Under the pieces are notes generated by a model that saw nothing but the letters and a program-made list of their open reading frames with translations, ran no database searches and was not told the origin of the DNA. The position numbers and the translations under genes are program-made. Of a stretch of 64,000 nt of DNA, positions 57,001-64,000 are shown piece by piece. The stretch is taken from contig OZ244779.1 of assembly GCA_965219575.1 (NCBI GenBank), positions 940,769 through 1,004,768 of the forward strand. Direction: 5' to 3'. This DNA comes from Candidatus Oxydemutatoraceae bacterium (GTDB lineage: Bacteria; Pseudomonadota; Gammaproteobacteria; Poriferisulfidales; Oxydemutatoraceae). Within the stretch, counting starts at the first letter, position 1. The number at the start of each line of letters is the position of its first letter.

Positions 57001-57754
57001 TCACGCCCGGCAGTGCCTCGGATATGCGGCGCACATAGCGTAGCAATACCGGCGATAGATACGCATCAACTACGGTCGTACCGCCGCGCCCGACGAACTT
57101 TATCATTGGACTCACTTCGTGCGATGCCGAGATTTGTGTGTATCCTATCCGCTCGGCAATTTCGCACAAGATTTTCTCGTGAGACGGATATTTATAGCTG
57201 TGCATCAAACAGATAGCACAAGTGCGTATGCCGTCGCGATATGCCGATTCGAGCAGGTGCTTTGCTGCCACCGTATCCACCTCGGTCAGCACATTGCCGT
57301 TTGCATCTATGCGCGCATCTATTTCTACGACGCGCTCGTAAAGCGGGTCGGGCAGTTTGATATCGAGTGCAAATAGTTCGGGGCGTGCCTGATAAGCGAT
57401 GCGCAATACATCGGCGAAGCCTCGGTTGACAAGTAGCATAGTTCGATCGCCTTTGCGTTCCAACAATGCATTGGTTGCCACGGTCGTACCCATGCGCACC
57501 GCAGCAATCCGTTCGCCGGGTATGGGTGCGTCGGGAACCCCTAACACATCCCTGATACCTTGCAAAGCCGCATCGGAATAGCGTTGCGGGTTTTCCGAAA
57601 GCAGTTTATGGACGACTAATTCGCCGTCGGTATTTTTCGCAACGATGTCGGTAAAAGTGCCGCCTCTATCAATCCAAAAATGCCATTTGCTATTCCCCTC
57701 TTGTGGAGGGGTGTCAGGCTTTGCTTGACCGGCTGGTCGTAAAATCGTCTGCAC
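54068..57754 (-). CDS. ATP-dependent 5-oxoprolinase (fused hydantoinase A/B)
   Basis: [54 protein letters not shown]. Confidence 0.93.
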   Translation of the reverse strand: MQTILRPAGQAKPDTPPQEGNSKWHFWIDRGGTFTDIVAKNTDGELVVHKLLSENPQRYSDAALQGIRDVLGVPDAPIPGERIAAVRMGTTVATNALLERKGDRTMLLVNRGFADVLRIAYQARPELFALDIKLPDPLYERVVEIDARIDANGNVLTEVDTVAAKHLLESAYRDGIRTCAICLMHSYKYPSHEKILCEIAERIGYTQISASHEVSPMIKFVGRGGTTVVDAYLSPVLLRYVRRISEALPGVKISFMQSSGGLSDANNFRAVNSLLSGPAGGIVGAVETGLQSGFKHIIGFDMGGTSTDVSHYSGHYERTFDSQVAGIHLQSPMLNIHTIAAGGGSIIQFRNGRYQVGPESAGADPGPACYRKGGPLTVTDCNLILGRIQADYFPSLFGDDGKQSLDLNIVLKKFLALSKRINAADDEHRTYTEVASGFLSVAVNNMAQAIKKISVQRGHDIRRYTLCCFGGAGGQHACRVADLLGIKQILIHPLASVLSAYGIGLANSSALRTCSVERPIAEADSAALDPIWQTLETQAKTEITAHNTDSNPVRIIRRIHIRYQGSDFSLELDFNRHDNLRTAFEALHRQRFGFTLPDTPLIIASLSVEAITTMSGEVKSHTASADRPTKAIKPVQIGFHTSDGLQEATLYERSALSPDQSIKGPALIVEQTQTIVVEPQWQAEITGRNNLLLKSQKSLSKHSPSLNKDDTAKPNPVKLEIFNHLYRSIAEQMGITLANTAHSVNIKERLDFSCAIFDQDGGLVANAPHVPVHLGSMGETVRAVIAQCRATMQDGDAYVLNSPYQGGTHLPDITVITPVFYQQNNTSDNTKPLFYVACRGHHADIGGITPGSMPPNSRRIQEEGVLIDCFLAVRNGYFDEQALREMLASTAWPARDINTNIDDLKAQIAANQKGVSELKNMIDDFGLKTVCSYMRHIQDNAEIAVRNALKTLHSGQFVYPLEHDAVIKVQISIAEDKRSAIVDFTGTSGQTDTNFHAPAAVARAAVLYVFRTLVNADIPLNEGCLKPIHLVIPENSLLNPNYPSAVVAGNVETSQAIVNALYGAMGILAASQGTMNNLSFGNRQYQYYETLCGGAGAGAGFNGASAVHTHMTNSRLTDPEILESRFPVLLENFGIRIGSGGDGRYRGGDGVVRKITFLEAMSASILSSHRTIAPFGLNGGNPGLCGQNSVRRKDGSIELLAANTTVAMQAGDTLIIATPGGGGFGEPR

Positions 57755-58545
57755 TAGTCTATTCCCTTCTTGTGGAAGGGTGACAGGCTTTGCTTAACGA
57801 GGTGGTTGCAGAAGTGGGGCTGTTGAAAAAGTATTTCATAGAGTGGTAGGGGCGGACTAGCATGTCCGCCCGATAGGTCAATCGGCAATTTTAATGTTCG
57901 CCCTAAAGTACCGTTCTGCACAGCCGTAACCGCTTGCGCCGTGAATTTATAATAACCACCAAGCCGTAGGGGCAGTATAAAGCCGCCGATTGAGCCGGTG
58001 GGTCAATCGGCAACTCTGATGTCTGCCCTTAAGTACTGTTCTGCACAGTCGCAACCGCTTGCACCGTATGGTTTTGGTTTCCATAAATTGGATAGATGTA
58101 TAAATTGTACAGATACGATGCAACTGTTGAAAAAGTATCGTCAGCGTGCAACCGTAACCGCTTGCGCCGTGAATATTTGCAAACCACCCGTAGGGGCGGA
58201 CTAGCATGTCCGCCCGTAACGCGTTGTGCCTACACGATTTATACATTCATCCATCCAATTTATGGAAACCAAAACCAAATGGCGCAAGTGATTGGATTCG
58301 TACGATGCCGCACTTTTTCAACAGTCCCATCGTATCTGCACAAATATAGTGCTGGTTAATTCCCTTCCTGTGGAGGGGTGTCAGGCGCAATAGAACCGCC
58401 GATTGAGCCAGTAGGTCAATCGGCGTCACATTGTACAGAACCCTAGCATATATACAAAATATAAGCCTTTCCATGGGGTGGTTGTGTCGTATCCGCACCA
58501 GTCTATTCCCCATTCGTTAAGGTTCTGCACAATGTTACGCCACCT
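57692..58545. repeat. Composite repeat cluster R7, overlapping the 5' end of the oxoprolinase gene
   Basis: All modules present; segments near-identical to 4125-4500 in both orientations. Confidence 0.9.
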
Positions 58546-58555
58546 GTGCTATCGC

Positions 58556-59956
58556 TTAATCGGGAAGTTTTTGTGCAAGATACGCGCGGGCATTCGCAAT
58601 TTGTTGCCGAACACCTGCGCTACCGCCGTGGGTGCGTTTATTCTGCAATGCGGTTTTAGGATTCAGCACCTTAAATGCGCTACTATCCAATGCCGAATGT
58701 AAGACCTGCAATTTTTCTACGGGAAGTGCATCTAAAGAACAACCCTCCTGTATTGCCAGCTTGACTGCTTGCCCGACTATTCGGTGCGCATCCCGAAACG
58801 GAACTTGCTTGCCGACCAAATAGTCTGCTAGATCGGTTGCCGTGGAGAAACCACTCTGTGCCGCCTTGAGCATGTTTTCACGATTCACCTCGAGTGCCGG
58901 TATTATCTCGGCGAGAATCAAAACCGACGGCAAGGTTGCATCGAGCGCATCGTAGACGCATGCTTTGTCCTCTTGATTATCTCGGTTATACGCCAAAGGC
59001 TGTGCTTTCATCAATACCAGCAATGCCGTCAACGCACCGGTGGTACGACTACTTTTGCCGCGTATCAGTTCGGCTATATCGGGATTTTTCTTTTGTGGCA
59101 TGATTGACGAACCTGTACAATGGCGATCCGCCAAAGTGATAAAATCAAATTGTTGCGACGACCACAATATCAGCTCTTCGCAGACGCGTGATAGATGCGA
59201 CATCAACAACGCACAACACGAGCAGAACTCTATCGCAAAGTCGCGATCCGAGACCGCATCCAAGGAATTATCCGAGATCGCTTCAAAACCGAGTAATTCG
59301 GCTGCGTAGAGTCTATCCAAATCATAGCTGGTTCCGGCACAAGCAGCACTTCCCAAGGGCAACACATTGACGCGACGGCGCGCATCGTGCAAGCGGGCGG
59401 TGTCGCGCTTCAACATTTCAAACCACGCTAATAGATGGTGTCCGAAACTAACCGGTTGAGCAACTTGCAAATGCGTATACGCCGGCATCACGGTTTCCGC
59501 CTCGTTCTCGGCAAGGTCAACCAGACTTTGCTGAAGTTTATGCGTTGCTTCCAGCAACAGGTCTATTTGACTGCGTAAATAAAGTCTAAAGTCTGTTGCT
59601 ATCTGATCGTTTCTGGAACGCCCGGTGTGCAATTTCTTTCCGACTTCCCCCAGACGCTCGGTCAAACAAGCCTCTATATTCGTATGTATATCCTCAAGCG
59701 AGGTGTCCCAATTAAAGCGGTCTTCCGCTATTTCCTCTCTAATTTGATATAAACCCGAAATCAAAGACTCTGCCTCTTGGTCGGTCAACACCTGCGCCTT
59801 GAGTAGCACCTTGACATGTGCCACCGAGGCTTCTATATCCTCGGCATAGAAACGTTTGTCATGTTCCAGCGAGGCGGTGAAAAGCTCAACCTGCCGCTCG
59901 GTCGATTCGGAGAACCGCCCCCCCCATAATTTGTCTTTTGTTTGTTTTTCGCTCAT
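58556..59956 (-). CDS. argH: Argininosuccinate lyase
   Basis: LWGGRF, HTGRSRNDQ, GSSIMPQKKNPD. Confidence 0.98.
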   Translation of the reverse strand: MSEKQTKDKLWGGRFSESTERQVELFTASLEHDKRFYAEDIEASVAHVKVLLKAQVLTDQEAESLISGLYQIREEIAEDRFNWDTSLEDIHTNIEACLTERLGEVGKKLHTGRSRNDQIATDFRLYLRSQIDLLLEATHKLQQSLVDLAENEAETVMPAYTHLQVAQPVSFGHHLLAWFEMLKRDTARLHDARRRVNVLPLGSAACAGTSYDLDRLYAAELLGFEAISDNSLDAVSDRDFAIEFCSCCALLMSHLSRVCEELILWSSQQFDFITLADRHCTGSSIMPQKKNPDIAELIRGKSSRTTGALTALLVLMKAQPLAYNRDNQEDKACVYDALDATLPSVLILAEIIPALEVNRENMLKAAQSGFSTATDLADYLVGKQVPFRDAHRIVGQAVKLAIQEGCSLDALPVEKLQVLHSALDSSAFKVLNPKTALQNKRTHGGSAGVRQQIANARAYLAQKLPD

Positions 59957-60104
59957 CGCACTATCCAATGTTTAATCATCGGATTATAAACTAACATCTA
60001 CCGTGTTTGACTACAAATATTTCGAGCGTCCCGACGGCGGTTAATCATTGCATGATGTCGCCGTAGCTTTATACTAGGATACTCTTATACAACCCTAAAT
60101 TATT

Positions 60105-60668
60105 ATGCCGGTGAATTTACACGAACAACTGAACGGTGCCTGCGAGCTGATTAAAAGCGGCGGTGTCGTTGCGTATCCGACCGAAGCGGTATTCGGTTTG
60201 GGCTGCGATCCTATGAACGAACACGCCGTACAACGTGTATCGGAGATTAAAAAGCGACCGCAAGACAAAAGCTACATTCTAATCGCCGATGACTTTGCCC
60301 GATTGCATCCTTTTTGCGCGACTATAGACGACTCACGATGGCAACAAGTTAAACGGGATTGGCCGGGACCGTATACTTGGGTGTTTCCGGCAACCGAATT
60401 ATGCCCTCGTTGGCTTTGCGATAAAGAAATAGGTATCGCGGTTCGGGTGACCGCACACCCCGTTGCAGCTGCATTATGCAATCTTTGTGGACACGCCTTA
60501 GTTTCTACGAGTGCCAATCTCAGCGGCGAACCACCCGCTAAAACATGGCAAGAGGTAAAAGCGACATTCAACGATACGGTTGATTATATCGTTTGTGCCG
60601 ATGTCTCCGACCCGACCGGAAAACCTACGATTATTCGCAATGCGACGAGCGGCGAGAGAATCAGATAA
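60105..60668 (+). CDS. tsaC: L-threonylcarbamoyladenylate synthase
   Basis: AYPTEAVFGLGCDP, WPGP.T, STSAN. Confidence 0.93.
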   Translation: MPVNLHEQLNGACELIKSGGVVAYPTEAVFGLGCDPMNEHAVQRVSEIKKRPQDKSYILIADDFARLHPFCATIDDSRWQQVKRDWPGPYTWVFPATELCPRWLCDKEIGIAVRVTAHPVAAALCNLCGHALVSTSANLSGEPPAKTWQEVKATFNDTVDYIVCADVSDPTGKPTIIRNATSGERIR

Positions 60669-60674
60669 TGATTT

Positions 60675-61210
60675 CAGGGGCAGACTTTGCATTCCCCCCT
60701 GTGGAGGGGTGGCAGGCGCAACCTGACGGGGTGGTTGCGCCGTATCTGCAAAAAGTATCCACGAACCGTAGGGGCGGACTAGCATGTCCGCCCGTAGCGC
60801 GTTGGTCGGCACGATTGATACATTCATCCACCCGATTTATGGAAACCAAAACCATACGGCGCAAGCGGTTCCAGCCGTGCAGAACGGTACTTTAGGGCAG
60901 ACACACAGGTCTGCCCCTACGACTTTGTGGTTATCATAATTATGTGGCGCAAAGCGATTGCAATTGTGCAAACACAGTACTTTTTCAACAGCCCCTGCGT
61001 ATCTGCACTATTTTACACATTCGTTTATCCGATTTATGAAAACCAAAACCATACGGCACAAGCGGTTGCAATTTTGCAAAAACAGTACTTTTTCAACAGC
61101 CCCGTCGTATCTGCACAAAGTATAGTGCTCGTACATTCCCTTCCTTTGGAGAGGTGTCAGGCGTAATAGAACCACTGATTTAGCCAGTTGAGTAAGTAGC
61201 GATTCTATTT
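60675..61210. repeat. Composite repeat cluster R8
   Basis: Same modules as R1/R7. Confidence 0.9.
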
Positions 61211-61246
61211 TCGATAACTCCTTTATATACCTTATAATCTATTAGC

Positions 61247-63165
<1,919 letters not shown>

Positions 63166-63187
63166 ACAACCGGCTAAAGATCTATAC

Positions 63188-63739
63188 GGGCTGTTGAAAA
63201 AGTATTTCATACAATGTAGGGGCGGACTAGCATGTCCGCCCGAAACGTATCATGTTTGCACGATTAACGCGTTCACCCATTAATATTATGGAAACCATTA
63301 TTTGTTGGCGCAAGCGGTTGAGTTTGTGCCGAACGGTACGGGCAGACATAGTAGGGGCGGACTAGCATGTCCGCCCGAAACATATCATGTTTGCACGATT
63401 AACGCGTTCACCCATTAATATTATGGAAACCATTATTTGTTGGCGCAAGCGGTTGGTGTCGTGCAGAACGATACTTAAGGGCAGACACACAGGTCTGCCC
63501 CTACAGGTGGGTTGGATAATTATGTGGCGCAGGGCGGTTGCAATTGTGCAAACACAGTACTTTTTCAACAGCCCCGTCGTATCTGCACAAGTGCAGTGTC
63601 GGTACATTCCCCTCCTGTGGAGGGGTGGCAGGCGCAGCCTGACGGGGTGGTTGTGTCGTATCTGCACAATTTATGGAAACCAAAACCAAATAGCGTAAGC
63701 GGTTGCAGTTATGCAAAACGGTACTTTTTCAACAATCCC
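63188..63739. mobile_element. Composite MITE-like element R9 inserted in the 5' end of aroE
   Basis: GGGCTGTTGAAAAAGTA…TACTTTTTCAACAATCCC ends; flanking direct repeat GATCTATACGGGCTG / GATTTATACGGGCTG. Confidence 0.8.
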
Positions 63740-64000
63740 GGATTTATACGGGCTGATAGGCTCACCCGTCAAACATAGTATCTCCCCTAAAGTTCACAAC
63801 TATTTCGCCGAACAAACGCAACAAGCGATACGCTACGAGTTGGTTGAATCTTCGCCCGACGACTTTGTCGGAACCCTACATCGTTTTATAAAAAGAGGTG
63901 CAAAAGGAGCGAATATCACCTTACCTTTCAAGGAACAGGCGCGCCGCATCGCAGAAACCGTCAGCTCGCGGGCGCGTATTGCCGACGCTGCCAACACACT
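63711..64000 (+). CDS. aroE: Shikimate dehydrogenase (5' part; runs off the window)
   Basis: YGLIGSPVKHSISPKVHN…GANITLPFKE…AANT; in-frame ATG at 63711 lies inside the repeat. Confidence 0.88.
   Translation, partial: MQNGTFSTIPDLYGLIGSPVKHSISPKVHNYFAEQTQQAIRYELVESSPDDFVGTLHRFIKRGAKGANITLPFKEQARRIAETVSSRARIADAANT

Overview
Gammaproteobacterial chromosomal window (inferred from 23S/tRNA sequences and core genes; possibly host-associated, not provable here). It holds two tandem giant secreted repeat proteins (one off the left edge, one split by an in-frame TAG at a conserved Trp) and an MTase/HNH restriction-modification-like pair. A full-architecture CLCA-like metalloprotease is inserted between epmB and efp. 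The rRNA operon is dismembered: no 16S, a promoter drives tRNA-Ile/tRNA-Ala/23S directly, and 5S lies ~5.9 kb away behind a glycosyltransferase/sulfotransferase island, just upstream of lepB-rnc-era. Housekeeping genes fill the rest. The most striking non-coding signal is a family of modular, nested palindromic elements. They insert into each other at specific sites and appear to supply a new start to aroE, the N-terminus of the oxoprolinase and the trkH stop codon. All calls come from reading motifs by eye; no database searches were run.
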